Positions 48,392 to 60,676 of a DNA stretch of 64,000 nt are shown here, in pieces; the stretch's first letter is position 1; each line of letters starts with the position of its first letter. The notes beneath the pieces are model-generated. The model made no database searches, was not told the DNA's origin, and saw only the letters and a list, made by a program, of their open reading frames with translations. Source of the stretch: Squalus acanthias (Eukaryota); contig CM059432.1 in NCBI GenBank assembly GCA_030390025.1, forward strand, positions 80,912,001 to 80,976,000, read 5' to 3'. A program made the translations under genes and the position numbers.

Positions 48392-49972
48392 CACATTATT
48401 TAAAAAGGGCAGTAGACAGAAGGCTGGTAACTATAGACCGGTTAGCCTAACATCTGTGGTAGGTAAAATTTTGGAGTCCATTATTAAGGAAACAGTAACA
48501 GGACATTTGGATAATCATAATTTAATAGGACAAAGTCAGCATGGTTTTACGAAGGGGAAGTCATGTTTGACAAATTTGCTGGAGTTCTTTGAGGAAGTAA
48601 CATATAGAGTGGATAAAGGGGAACCAGTGGACGTAGTGTATTTAGACTTCCAAAAGGCATTTGACAAGGTGCCACACAAAAGATTATTGCTTAAGGTAAA
48701 AAATCACGGGATTGGGGGTAATATTCTGGCATGGATAGAGGATTGGCTATCTAACAGAAAGCAAAGAGTTGGGATAAATGGTTCATTCTCAGACTGGCAA
48801 TCAGTAACTAGTGGTGTTCCACAGGGGTCAGTGCTGGGTCCCCAACTCTTCACAATCTATATTAACGATTTGGAGGAAGGGACCAAGTGTAACATATCAA
48901 AATTTGCAGATGATACAAAGATGGGAGGGAAAGTAGTGAGTGAGGAGGACATAAAAAACCTGCAAGGGGACATAGACAGGCTAAGTAAGTGGGCAGAGAT
49001 TTGGCAGATGGAATACAATACTGGAAAGTGTGAGGTGATGCACTTTGGCAGGAAAAATCCTAGAGCAATTTATTATCTTAATGGCAAGAAACTGGAGAGT
49101 ACTGAAGTGCAAAGGGATCTGGGGGTCCTGGTGCACGAAACTCAAAAGGTTAGTATGCAGGTGCAGCAAGTGATTAAGAAGGCAAATGGAATGTTGGCTT
49201 TCATTGCTAGGGGGATAGAATATAAAAATAGGGAGGTATTGCTTCAGTTGTACAAGGTATTGGTGAGACCGCACCTGGAATACTGCATACAGTTTTGGTG
49301 TCCTTACTTAAGGAAAGACATCCTTGCTCTCGAGGCAGTGCAAAAAAGGTTCACTCGGTTAATCCCGGGGATGAGGGGGTGGTCATATGAGGAGAGGTTG
49401 GGTAGATTGGGACTCTACTCATTGGAGTTCAGAAGAATGAGAGGCGATCTTATTGAAACATATAAGATTGTGAAGGGGTTGGATCGGGTGGATGCGGGGA
49501 GGATGTTCCCGATGACGGGTGAGACGAGAACTAGGGGACATAGTCTTAGAATAAGGGGCTGCTCTTTCAAAACTGAGATGAGGAGGAACTACTTCACTCA
49601 GAGGGTGGTAGGTCCATGGAATATGCTGCCACAAAAAGCTGTAGAAACTACAACATTAATTAAATTTAAAACAGAGATAGACAGTTTCCTAGAAGTAAAG
49701 GGCATTAAGGGTTACGGGGAGCGGGCAGGAATTTGGACATGAGTCTAGGTTCGGATCGGTCATGGCCCTGTGGGTAGTGGAGCGGGCCCAGGGACTGTGT
49801 AGCCTGATTCTGCTCCTATTTCGTGTGTGCAATTCTGTTAGATGCAGGAGATGGTTCTGTGATAGATAGTAGATTGGCGGTTAGGATCAGATCAGCCATG
49901 ATCTTATTGAATGGCGGAGCAGGCTCGAGGGGCCGATTGGCCTACTCCTGCTCCTATTTCTTATGTTCTTAT
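48392..49972 (+). mobile_element. 5'-truncated CR1 LINE with an uninterrupted RT/C-terminal frame (~450 codons, stop at 49742)
   Basis: LFKKGSRQKAGNYRPVSLTS..YLDFQKAFDKVPH..GVPQGSVLGP..KFADDTK..RRMRGDLIE; TTCTTATGTTCTTA tail. Confidence 0.95.
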
Positions 49973-50259
49973 TGCAGCCATCGAGTTGGTGCAAAGTGCT
50001 TTTGTTTTACACTGATGCTGCTCTTGCTATAGTGTAAATGCAGCTGAAATCCAGAGCCAAGGCCCGACCTGACACAAGAATGAAGAGGAGTGAGAATCCC
50101 TAGAGGAGGTAGTCTCGCTCTGCTTTGCTCTGACGTTGATTTCAGGGCTTGACACCTGATTCACACTGCTCAGGTTTACCACTGGTGAGATACTGAAAAA
50201 GCTTCACACCATCCTTAAACTTGCATTGAAAATGCTCCAAATGTTTCTCAGCCAGTGAC

Positions 50260-50838
50260 ATGTGGGAGGTTAAAGTGTTAAAAAAAACGGAATCACGACC
50301 CCAACCCACCTCCAACCTGTTTTAACGGAGGCGGGACGGGGGCGGGCAACCAACCCGCTCCCAGGAGGCGGGTCCCCCATTGAAATATTATAATGAGGCT
50401 GGCGTGCCTCAGATTTAACCACCATTTCAAATTTAACTGTGGCTGGTCGGGTCTCTCAGGTCTCTGGTAACCCGCCGGCTAAAGTAAGGCGAGGCCTGCT
50501 GCATCCCCCGTGATAGGAGAACCCCCCGCCCCACCCCTGAGGCCTCCAATTTTTGTTCCCCCTCCCCCCACTTCCCGAGGCCTTCGATCGCATTCCCGGA
50601 CTCCCCACCCCCGATGTTCCGGCCCTGATCACCCACCTGGCCCGCACCAGATCCCACCCTCATGGTGACGTCATCAGACCAGCTTCCTGTTAATTGGCCG
50701 GGAAGCCCGCAGGGCGGGCCTAACAAGGCCAATCAAGGGAAAATCCCTTTGACAGAGCGGCTGCAGCCAGGATCGTGACTGGAACCCGGAAACTAGCTCT
50801 CCCGCCACCATCCCGCCTCCGCTGGGCAATTCGCAGCC
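50260..50838. mobile_element. GC-rich Harbinger-type MITE fragment
   Basis: Ends GGCAATTCGCAGCC. Shares GGCCTAACAAGGCCAATCAAGGGAAAAT with family B. Left boundary unclear. Confidence 0.5.
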
Positions 50839-53420
50839 TATGTTCCAGGAGGCAGTCACACCTCTTAGATTAAGTAGTACTTTAGAGTTTGTCAGTTGTC
50901 AGGGACAGGAGGTTGTGACTGCGAGTCAGGAAGGTATGGGGACCCAGGATGTAGTGATGGTGGAGCCTCGGCCCTTGTCTTTGACCAACAGGTATGAGGT
51001 ACTTGCTACCTGCGTGGATGAGAACAAGGACTGCAGGGTGGATGAGCAAACTGACCATGGCACCATGGTGCAGGAGGCCATTCAAGTGGGGGGAGTGAAA
51101 AGGAATGTAGTTGTGGTAGGGGACAGTATAGTCAGGGGAAGAGATTCTGTTCTCTGCAACCACGACCGGGAGTTCCGACAGTTCAGTTGCCTGCCCAGTG
51201 CCAGGGTTAAAGACATCTCATCGCAGCTGGAGAAGAACTTGGAGTGGGAGGGGGAGGATCCAGTTGTCGTGGTTCATGTAGGAACCAACGACATAGGTAG
51301 AACTAGGAATGAGGTTCTGCTGAGGGAGTTTGAGGAGCTAGAATCCAAATTAAAAAGCAGAACCTCAAAGGTAATAATTTCTGGATTGTTACCTGAGCCA
51401 CGTGCAAATTGGCATAGGGACAAACAGATTAGAGGTTTAAATGCGTGGCTCAAAGAGTGGTATGGGAGGAAGGGGTTTCAGATCATGTGTGCACTGGCAC
51501 CAGTACTGGGGAAAGAGGGAGCTGTTCCGTTGGGACAGGCTCCACTTAAACCGGGTTCCTGGTGAATCAAATAACTAGGGCAGTAGAGAGGGCTTTAAAC
51601 TAATGAAAGGTGGGTGGGAGGATTCAGGAAAGAGTAAATTTAAAAGCAGCAAGAGAAATGTCAAGGCTCTAGAGCAGAGTAGCGTTTTGGGTAAAAATAA
51701 GCAGAGTGGGTCAGGAAGGGACAGAGAGAGTAACAAAGGTAATAGGACATCAGTGACTTAGGTGACATCAGGGAAAAATAGAAAAAAGTCAAATCTAAGG
51801 GCACTATATCTGAATGCGTGAAGCATTCGCAACAAAATAGATGAATTAATAATGCAGATAGAAATGAATAAGGTTTGATCTAATGGCCATTACGGAGACG
51901 TGCTTGCAAAGTGACCAAGGTTGGGAACTAAATATTCCAGGATACTTAACTTTTAGAAGAGATAGGCAAAATGGAAAAGGAGGAGGGGTAGCCCTGATAA
52001 TAAAGGATGGGAGAAAGGATCTAAATCTGCCTTTGAGGGAGTGCAGCGAAGGTTAACTAGACTGGTTCCTGGGATGAGGGGATTGCCCTATGAGGAGAGA
52101 TTGAGTAGACTAAGGCTATATTCTTTAGAGTTTAGAAGAATGAGAGGTGATCTCTTTGAGTTTAGAAGAATTCAGTGGGATGAGAACGGATCTGCCCGGG
52201 TAAACTAGAATCAAAGATTGTCAGGCAAAACTGTAATGGAACAATGGGCTGCCTTTAAAGAGGAAATAGTTCAGGTACAGTTGAGGTACATTCCCACTAG
52301 GGGGAAAGGCAGGGCAACTAAAGTCAGGGCTCCCTGGATGACGAAACAGATAGAGAATATGATGAAGCAGAAAAAGAGCACGTATGACAGATGCCAGGTT
52401 GCAAATACATCTGAGAATCAGGCTATATATAGAAAGGTCAGAGGAGCAGTGAAAAAGAAAATAAGAGGGCCAAAGAGAGGGTATGAGAATAGAATGGCAG
52501 CCAACATAAAAGGTAATCCAAAAGTCTTCTGTAGGCATATACAGGAAACTCTTTATTAACCGGCACCCAAATATCCGGAAATCTCTCTTAACCGGCAAAA
52601 TTCTTGAGCAGGTAACTGGGGTTTTCCTTCATCTCTCGTTTAAAATTAACTTTAAAAAAAACCCTGAGGCGTTTGCCTTGTATCGGAGCGTGTAGATTGG
52701 GAGGGGAATGTGCAGCCCGGGTAGGCAGCGGACACGACAGATGGTCAGCTGGCGGTCCCCGGGGAGACGGAGCTCCGAATGCAGGCGCATGTCAATGTGT
52801 ACGGGGCTCTCGTATGTTGGGAGATATAACTCTCCGTTATCCGGACTTTTTGATTAACCGGCACCACGCCGGTCCCGTCGGTGCCGGTTAATAAAGAGTT
52901 TCCTGTAATAGTAAAAGGGTAGTAAGAGGCGGGGTGGGGCCGATTAGTAACGAAAAAGGAGACCTATGCAGGGAGGCAGAGGGTATGGCTGAGATACTAA
53001 ATGAGTATTTTGCATCTGTCTTCACCAAGGAAGAGGATACTGCCATAGACATAGTGAAGGAGGAGGCAGTGGAGACACTTGATAGGATAAAAATTGATAA
53101 AGAAGAGGTATTAGAAAGGCTGGCTGCACTTAAAGTAGATAAATCACCAGGAGCGGATGGGATGCATCCTAGGATGCTGAGGAAATTGAGGGCGGAAATC
53201 GCAGAGGTACTGGCCATAATATTCCAATCCTCCTTAGATATGGGGGTGGTGCCTGAGGACTGGAGAATAGCAGATGTTACATCCTTGTTCAAAAAAGGGT
53301 GTAAAGATAAACCCAGCAACTACAGGCCAGTCAGTTTAACCTCGGTAATGGGGAAGCATTTAGAAACAGTAATCAGGGACAAAATTAACAGTCACTTGGA
53401 TAGGTGTGGATTAATTCAGG
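50839..53420 (+). mobile_element. CR1 LINE: ORF1 esterase, rearranged endonuclease region, linker and RT start
   Basis: LTNRYEVL, VVGDSIVRG, CLPSARVKD, HVGTNDIG (50840-51565); LNEYFASVFT, DKSPGADGMHP, NYRPVSLTS. Confidence 0.88.
52542..52905. mobile_element. Tc1/mariner (Tigger/pogo-like) MITE, 364 bp
   Basis: Perfect 26-bp TIR CAGGAAACTCTTTATTAACCGGCACC; TA on both sides; internal repeats of TTA(A/T)CCGG. Confidence 0.93.
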
Positions 53421-53424
53421 AAAC

Positions 53425-55556
53425 TTGATTGAGTTTTTGATGAGGTAACAGAGAGGGTTGATGAGGGCAAAGCGGTTGACGTGGTGTACATGGATTTCCA
53501 AAAGGTGTTCGACAAAGTGCAACATAATAGGCTTGCCAGCAAAGTTGAAGCCCGTGGAATAAAGGGGACAGTGGCAGCATGGATACGAAGTTGGCTAAGT
53601 GACAGGAAACAGAGAATAGTGGTGAACGGTTGTTTTTCGGACTAGAGGAAGGTATACAGTGGGGTTCCCCAGGGGTCGGTTCCAGGATCACTGCTTTTCT
53701 TGATATATATTAATGACTTGGACGTGGGTGTACAGGGCACAATTTCAAAATTTGCAGATGACACAAAACTTGGAATTATAGTGAACAGTGAGGAGGAGAG
53801 TGATAGACTTCAGGAAGACACAGACATGCTGGTGAACTGGGCAGACACGTGGCAGATGAAATTTAACGCAGAAAAGTGTGAAGTGATACGTTTTGGTAGA
53901 AAGAATGAGGAGAGGACATATAAACTAAATGGTACAATCCTAAAGCGGGTGCTCGAACAAAGAGACCTGGGGGTATGTGTGCACAAATCGTTGAAGATGG
54001 CAGGGCAGGTTGAGAAAGCAGTTAAAAAGGCTTATGGGACCCTGGGCTTCATTAATAGAGGTATAGGGGTAGAAATTAGGTCGCGCCCCATTTGGGGCGC
54101 AAATATCGTCCGGACGCAAATATTAGCGCCTGACGCTAATTATCGGCACTGACGGGAAACTTCACTTTTACCGCCCCGGGAGGTGAGTGGAGCGCTAAAG
54201 CAGGCGCTGCACACCTCTCTTAAGGCGCAAAGGCCGAGCAGTGAGGCGCTAACTCGGAGCGCTGGCGAAGCTCATGTAATGTCAGTCAGCAATGGAACAC
54301 ACACACAATGGCACGGGCCAGTTCTTAAAGGGGATGGTTAATCTTGCTTTCCATCCACATCCTGTTCATTGCTGCCTTGAATCTCGGCCTGGAGAGACTT
54401 GCACATCAAATGTGCTGGAAAGAACAATGGAGAGCACCAGGCAAAGAGCTCAGAGTGCAGCTCCCACGGTCTCTGCTAAATCGATACAAGGAATGGCAAA
54501 TCAAAATGAACCTGCAAAGTGCTGCTCAGTACCCAAAACTCCTTCACACAACGTTGAATCTCTCCAGAAGTCTCTCCCTCTCTCTCTCAGAATGCGTAGT
54601 TCAAAAATGCCACCAACAATAAAAGACAGGAAGAGGCCCCCTTTAAATAGCGCCCCCCCCCAGCCCCACAGCGATTGATAGCGTTCCAGTCTTCTGGTCG
54701 TTGGAAGCGCCAGGCGGTAAGGCAGGGGGCGCCACTCAATTTCCGCTCCGGGGCGCCCCAAGGGCGTTGCACCATGGAATGACATCACAATCTGCGCGCG
54801 CAGGTGGTCGCAGCGGTAAGTTTTAGCGCCGCCGCACAATCTCAAGTTAAGTTCTCGAGCGGCGCAAACATCGCTGCGCCCGGGCGTTAGCGGCTTTGCG
54901 CCCCATTAGCGCCCTCTTAAGGCGCTAACGGGTGGCGCAACCAAGTGAATTTTTACCCCATAGAGTACAAACGTGTGGAAATTATGATGAACCTGTATAA
55001 AACACTGGTTCGGCCCCAACTGGAGTACTGTGTCCAATTCTGAGCACCATACTTTAGGAAGGATGCGAAGGCTTTAGAGAAGGTGCAGAAAAGATTTACG
55101 AGAATGATTCCAGGAATGTGGGACTTCAGTTACGTTGATAGACTGGAGAAGCTGGGGATGTTCTCCTTGGAGCAGAGAAGGTTGAGAGGAGATTTGATAG
55201 AAGTGTTCAAAATCATGAGGGATCTAGACAGAGGAGATAGAGAGAAACTGTTCCCATTGGCAGAAGGGTCGAGAACCAGAGGACACAGATTTAAGGTGAT
55301 TGGCAAAAGAACCAAAGGCGACGTAAGAAAAAACTTTTTTACTCAGCAAGTGGTTAAGATCTGGAATGCACTGCCTGAAAGGGTGGTGGAGGCAGACTCA
55401 ATCTTATCTTTCAAAAGGGAGTTAGATAAGTATCTGAAGAAAAAACATTTGCTCGGCTGCGGGGAAAGGGTAGGGGAGTTGGACCAGCTGAGAGTCGGCA
55501 CGGGCTCGATGGTCTGACTGGCCTTTTTCCGTGCTGCAACCATTTTATGATTCTAT
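53425..55556 (+). mobile_element. CR1 RT and 3' end, split by a MITE
   Basis: IYINDL..KFADDTK (53700 onward); C-terminus 55083-55517; TATGATTC tail. Confidence 0.9.
54066..54959. mobile_element. Harbinger-type MITE, family C
   Basis: TIRs GGGGTAGAAATT / AATTTTTACCCC. TSD ATA within the CR1 sequence AGAGGT-ATA-GAGTAC. Confidence 0.93.
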
Positions 55557-56416
55557 GGGGGAGAAATTCGGTATCGCCCCGTTTGGGGCGCAATTATCGG
55601 CTGGGCTCAAAGTTTAGCGCCTGTCGCTAATTATCGCTTCCGACTGCAAACTTGGCTTCTATCGCCCCTGGAGGTGATTGGAGCGCTAAATCAGGCGCTA
55701 CACACCTCTCTTAAGGCGCTAATGCCAAGGAGCGAGGCGCTACCTCAGAGCGCTGGCGAAGTTCATGTGATGTCAGTCAGCAATGGAACACAGACACACT
55801 GGCGCCGGCCAGTTCTTAAAGGGGAAGATCGATCTTGCTCTCCATCCACATCCTACTCATTGCAGCCTTGAATCTCGGCCTGGAGAGACCTGTACATCAA
55901 ATCTGCTGGAAAGAACAATGGAGAGACCCAGGGAAAGAGCTCAGAGTGCAGCCCCCAAAGTCTCTTCTAAATCGATGCAAGGAAGGTCAAATCAAAATGA
56001 ACCTGCAAAGTGCTGCTCAGTACCCAAAACTCCTTCACACAGTATTGAATCTCTCCAGAAGTCTCTCTCTCAGAATGCGTGGTGCAAAAATGTCGCCGAC
56101 AAAAAAGGCTGAAGCGGTCGCCTTTAAATAGCGCTCCCCCAGTCCCTTCCCGACTGCAAAACGTTCCCCTCAACCTGTCGTTGCTAGCGGCAGGCGGAAA
56201 GGCAGGGGGCGCCACTCAATATCTGGTGCGGGGCGCTACCCGGGCGTTGCACGCTCGACTGACGTCATGATCTGTGGGCGCAGGAGATCGTGGCGGTAGT
56301 ATTTAGCGCCGCAAGCGGCGCAAACATCGCTGCACCCAGGCGCTAATTGCTTTGCGCCCCATTAGAGCCCTCTTAGGGTGCTAATGGGAGGCGCAAAGCA
56401 ACCGAATTTTTCCCCC
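55557..56416. mobile_element. Harbinger-type MITE, family C (diverged subfamily)
   Basis: TIRs GGGGGAGAAATTCGGT / ACCGAATTTTTCCCCC. TSD TAT in the CR1 tail repeat. Confidence 0.92.
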
Positions 56417-56424
56417 TATGATTC

Positions 56425-56820
56425 TGATGAGAGGTGATCTCATTGAAACACATAAAAGCCTCAAGGGGCTTGGCCGGGTTAATGCTAGGAAAATGTTTCC
56501 CTTGGCTGGGGAATCTAGAACACGGGGTCACAGTCACAGAATAAGGGGTCGGCCATTTAGGACTGAACTGAGGAGAAATTTCTTCACTCAAAGGGTTGTG
56601 AATCTTTGGAATTCTCTACCCCAGAGAGCTGTAGATGCTCAGTCGTTGAGAATATTGAAGACAGAGGGCGATAAATTTTTGGGAATGAAGGGAATTAAGG
56701 GATATGGGGATAGTGCGGGAAGGTGGAGTTGAGGTGGAAGATCAGCCATGATCTTGTTGAATGGCGGAGTGGGCTTGAAGGGCCAAATGGCCTACTCCAG
56801 CTCCTATTTCTCATGTTCTC
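56425..56820 (+). mobile_element. CR1 3' fragment
   Basis: MRGDLIETHK..RNFFTQRVVNLWNSLP and 3' UTR hairpin. Confidence 0.85.
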
Positions 56821-57399
56821 CCTCATCTCTGCGGCCTAGTGCCGCAGGCCTACCCGCGTACAGCCAGCCAGCCTCTTCTTCTGGCTGGCTACGGGTGGGA
56901 AACAGAGGTTTGAAATGCAAATCAGGCCCTGCTGTTAAATTCGACAGGACCTGCGGGAAACCTGTTCCCCCAGATTTCCCAACTGCTTTCTAGCCCCCAC
57001 CCCTCCCACCCCAACAACCCACCTCCAAATTAAAATTCAGGCCAATGTGACACATCATGGGGTGCTAGTATACCATGCCTATCCTATGCCACATGGATGC
57101 GGTGCAATCTTGCTTGAATTGTTAACGGAGGCACTAAGCTGAGGACAGAAATGTGCCTGTAGGGAAGAAGTAAATAATTAAAGGCAAGTCACCTACACAG
57201 CTAGTATGCACGCAGTTACAGAAAAGCAATGGGAGAAATCTTGGAGCAGGTCGCCTTTGTCTAAGAATAGTGTAGTGTGAGATGAGTGCACAGCCCCAAT
57301 GCATCTTAGTCATCAATATACAATTGATATTACCTAATTTATTTTGCAAATATTTACTCCAATAATGATACTTGCATTTTTGTAGTTCAATTTCACATT

Positions 57400-58108
57400 G
57401 GGCCCAAAATTACTCCGAAGTACGCCGCCGAGCTGCGGAAAGAATACGCACCTACCTGATGGCAGCCCTCCTGTGAAAACTTGCGCTCTGACGCTGCGAG
57501 TAGGAGGGCAGCGTAATGGCCCACGGATCCCAGGGATGCAGCCTGTGCGGAAGCGTACCTGGGATCATGTGGGCCTGGTCCTCCAATCAGAAAACAGATT
57601 GTTTTTCATTCATTTAAATTACTACAATACTTCATTACTACAGCCTTTGAAATGCTATTTTATCGTGGGAATCCAATTTATTACTCATAAGTCCCACTTC
57701 TAAACAAATACTGTGCAGAAAGTTATGAAATATTTTTTAAAACCTGCAGCTTTACCATACACTAGCATTGCTTCTCAGTAAAGCTTATAAGCCATTCAAT
57801 TAAAATAAAAGCATTTTTTTCATCTCGGGTATCCTCTTACGCTGCGGAAACGGGCCCTGCGCCTGTTTTCACCAGCTGTGAAATTTCCGTACGTAATTGC
57901 TGGGCAGTTGGTGGGCAAATAGCCCAACACTGCACCAGCAATTAGGTTATCGGATGCGGAGCAAATGGCCTGTCAATGCATACGTTGACCGACCGCAAGT
58001 TCATTATTTAGTGCATGTGCTTAAATCCCGAACTTGCGGTTGATTTCAAAGGCGGTATGATGATGTTCTCTGAGAGTACGGCGTCATACCCACCGCCAAA
58101 TCCGGGCC
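57400..58108. mobile_element. Harbinger-type MITE
   Basis: Termini GGGCCCAAAATT / AAATCCGGGCC; TSD ATT/ATT; TACG-containing subterminal motifs. Confidence 0.72.
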
Positions 58109-58938
58109 ATTGTCATTTGTCAAACATTGGCCCAACAGTGACACTGCTGGTCAGTTAGAGAACTGCAGCAGAAGTGGAGCATTTAGCAATCTCCTCTGCT
58201 GCAATTCTTTGTCTAACCAAGTGGTCTTATTTGGGAGAATTGGCCATTGGTAAATTAAAAAGGGATGTAAAGGAGCAGAAAAAGATAGAGATGATGAAAT
58301 CACTTTGCGTGAACACATTCAAAATAAATGCCTTTGCCAAAATAGCAGATAGATTTCATACAAATGTGTCAACCCTTTTCATATAGAGGGGTTCAGATAA
58401 TAAACAAAGGGGAATAGGAAAGTATAAAGAAAAAGAAAGCTAAAAATGATAAAAGTAGGTTTGTCTACAAAGTAACAGCCATTGCTCTTCAAAAAGTAAT
58501 TTATTGTATCAAACACTTTGAGAATTTCAGTGAATCGATGCTATGCAAATCCGTTATTGAAAAAGTACATTTTTGCAGAATAAATTGTTAAACTGTCACA
58601 GTTGGATGTTGATGGCTAAGGTACACTGTACTTTCCAAAATGGATTTAGGAATACAATTTATAAAGAATAAACCATTGAAAGTACCCCTGGTCCCCATGC
58701 CGTAAACATGACTTGGTCTACAATGTAGTTACAGGACACGATATTAATTTCCTACATACTATATTCTAGGTGGTCCTTTTTCTCAGGAGTGATTTTATTT
58801 TGTTGGTATCTCTGGAAATTGTTGTGTAGCTGTGAAAGATCATGGGAAGTTATTGTTCTGTTGGAGATTTTGTTCCATTTGCAAACCTCCTCTTGGGGCG
58901 CTTAAAGGTGAAAAGAGAGTTTTACATAGAATTACATA

Positions 58939-59637
58939 GACCCAGATTTTGCAGTGGGTCATGACAGCGAAACTGTTGTTCGCTGTTATTACCCCTCTGA
59001 AACTGACAGCAACTTCCGGATTTCTCCGCAGCAGGTTGCACTGTGGAACTTCCAATAGCCAGCAATCAGTGAAATCACATATAATTAGGACGAAAACTTT
59101 CCCTATTTTGCTGGAATATCGCTGTTAAACCCCTCTGAAAAAGTTAAGCCTTCTTGAAAGAGGTGTAACTGGTTTTTTAATGGATTAGTGACTGCTGCAA
59201 AACTGTTTTGGCCCTGAAAAACTAATTTTATATTTGTAGAATGTCAAATTTTTCCCTTAATATGATTAAGAATTACACTTCATAAAATAATTTTTCTTTT
59301 AAAGCTTGTTTGATATTTCAGCTTCTACCTTAATCATATGTGTCTGTCCCAATCTTTATTTCACTCTCTGTAATATTTATAAAAAGTAAATTAGAATCTA
59401 TTCATTTTACTTCCTGTTTTGCTGTCTGAGAATTCTTCAATGTGATTGGCTTCTTAGCCAGCTTGATGACATCACTGTTACTGGATGCTTGAGATTCGCT
59501 TAATTTGGTGCCAGATTCAAACAAAGGGCGGGAGAGCTGAAATCAACACCACACAGATCACAAGATCTTTGTGGGCAGCTTTCTTCAAGGTCGACAGCAA
59601 ACGCCGTCGCTTCGCCGCTGACCGCAAATTCCAGTCC
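58939..59637. mobile_element. Old Harbinger-type MITE inside the tail of a minus-strand CR1 3' fragment (58923-59790)
   Basis: Termini GACCCAGATTTTGCAGT / ACCGCAAATTCCAGTCC with flanks ATA/TTA. CR1 tail ACATAGAATTACATA|GAATGTATAGCACAGAA. Confidence 0.65.
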
Positions 59638-59976
59638 TTAGAATGTATAGCACAGAAACAGGCCATTCGGCAGATCAGATCTGTGCCGGTGTTTATGCTC
59701 CACATGAGCCTCCTCCGACTCTGCTTCATCTAACCCCATAACCTTCGATACCTTTCTCCATTATCTGTTTATCTAGCTTCCCCTCAAATTCAGGCAGTTT
59801 TATCCAAGTTCAAAATAGGTTCAAAAATTCAAGAATGGGTTTAGAATGCATGTACGTAAATGCACAAAGTGTGGTGAATAAGGTTGGTGAGCTACAAGCA
59901 CAATTAGCTGTGTGGCAATATGATGTTGTGGTAATAACGGAAATGTGGCTTAAAAACGGTGAGGACTAGGCACTTA

Positions 59977-60676
59977 GGGCTGGATTTTGCCAATGGGGAG
60001 CTTTTGGAGGCGGGACTCCCGCTTCCATCAACTTCTGGCCAACCCACGCTTTTTTCCCTTTATTGACCTTGGCTTAGCAGGCCAATTAAGGGAAAGCCAG
60101 TTACAGAGAAGGTCAACGTATGATGTTTCATCTGTCAAAAATGTTTGCAGAAATTAGATGGTTGTTGCATTGGAGAATGCAGCGGCCATCTGTCATCTCT
60201 GCCGTGGAGATGCGAGACTCTCTGCATACCCAACTCTTGAAGCCTGCAGGAAGAAACAAAGGTAAGTAAACTTTTACTAACATTTTCCACTTACCTCACA
60301 TACTCACCTCTCCACACTTACACCCATCACTCACCTTCACAGCGCACTTTTGCACCCCTCTGACCCCCGCAGACCCACTACTCGCCTCGGTGACCCTGGA
60401 GGGGTTCAGAGCCTTCGGGAAGCCCGCACTTGTGTGGGCAAAATGGGGATAATCCTCTTATCTGCCTGTTAACTACCTGTTAACAGGCAGATAAGTGGCA
60501 CTGATCTCCTTCCCGCCTCAAGGAGATGGGATCCGGCGCGGGTCAGCTACCCGACTCCTGGCAAGATGGCACGGAGGCGGGTTAGGGGTGGGTTGGGCAC
60601 CTGCCCCCAAATTCTGCCATTTTCCTGGCAGTCCCACCTCCATAACCGCCTCCCCAGGGCTGGCAAGATTGCGCCC
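59977..60676. mobile_element. Harbinger-type MITE, family B
   Basis: TIRs GGGCTGGATTTTGCCA / TGGCAAGATTGCGCCC; canonical TTA TSD. Confidence 0.92.

Noticed and set aside
54292..54678. MEHTH.. ORF open in all three family C MITEs (also 29728-30261 and 55783-56112) as a novel small protein
   Set aside because: Codon-by-codon comparison of the 54292 and 55783 copies shows mostly non-synonymous changes, the C-termini differ by frameshift, and an overlapping frame is equally open. No sign of coding selection.
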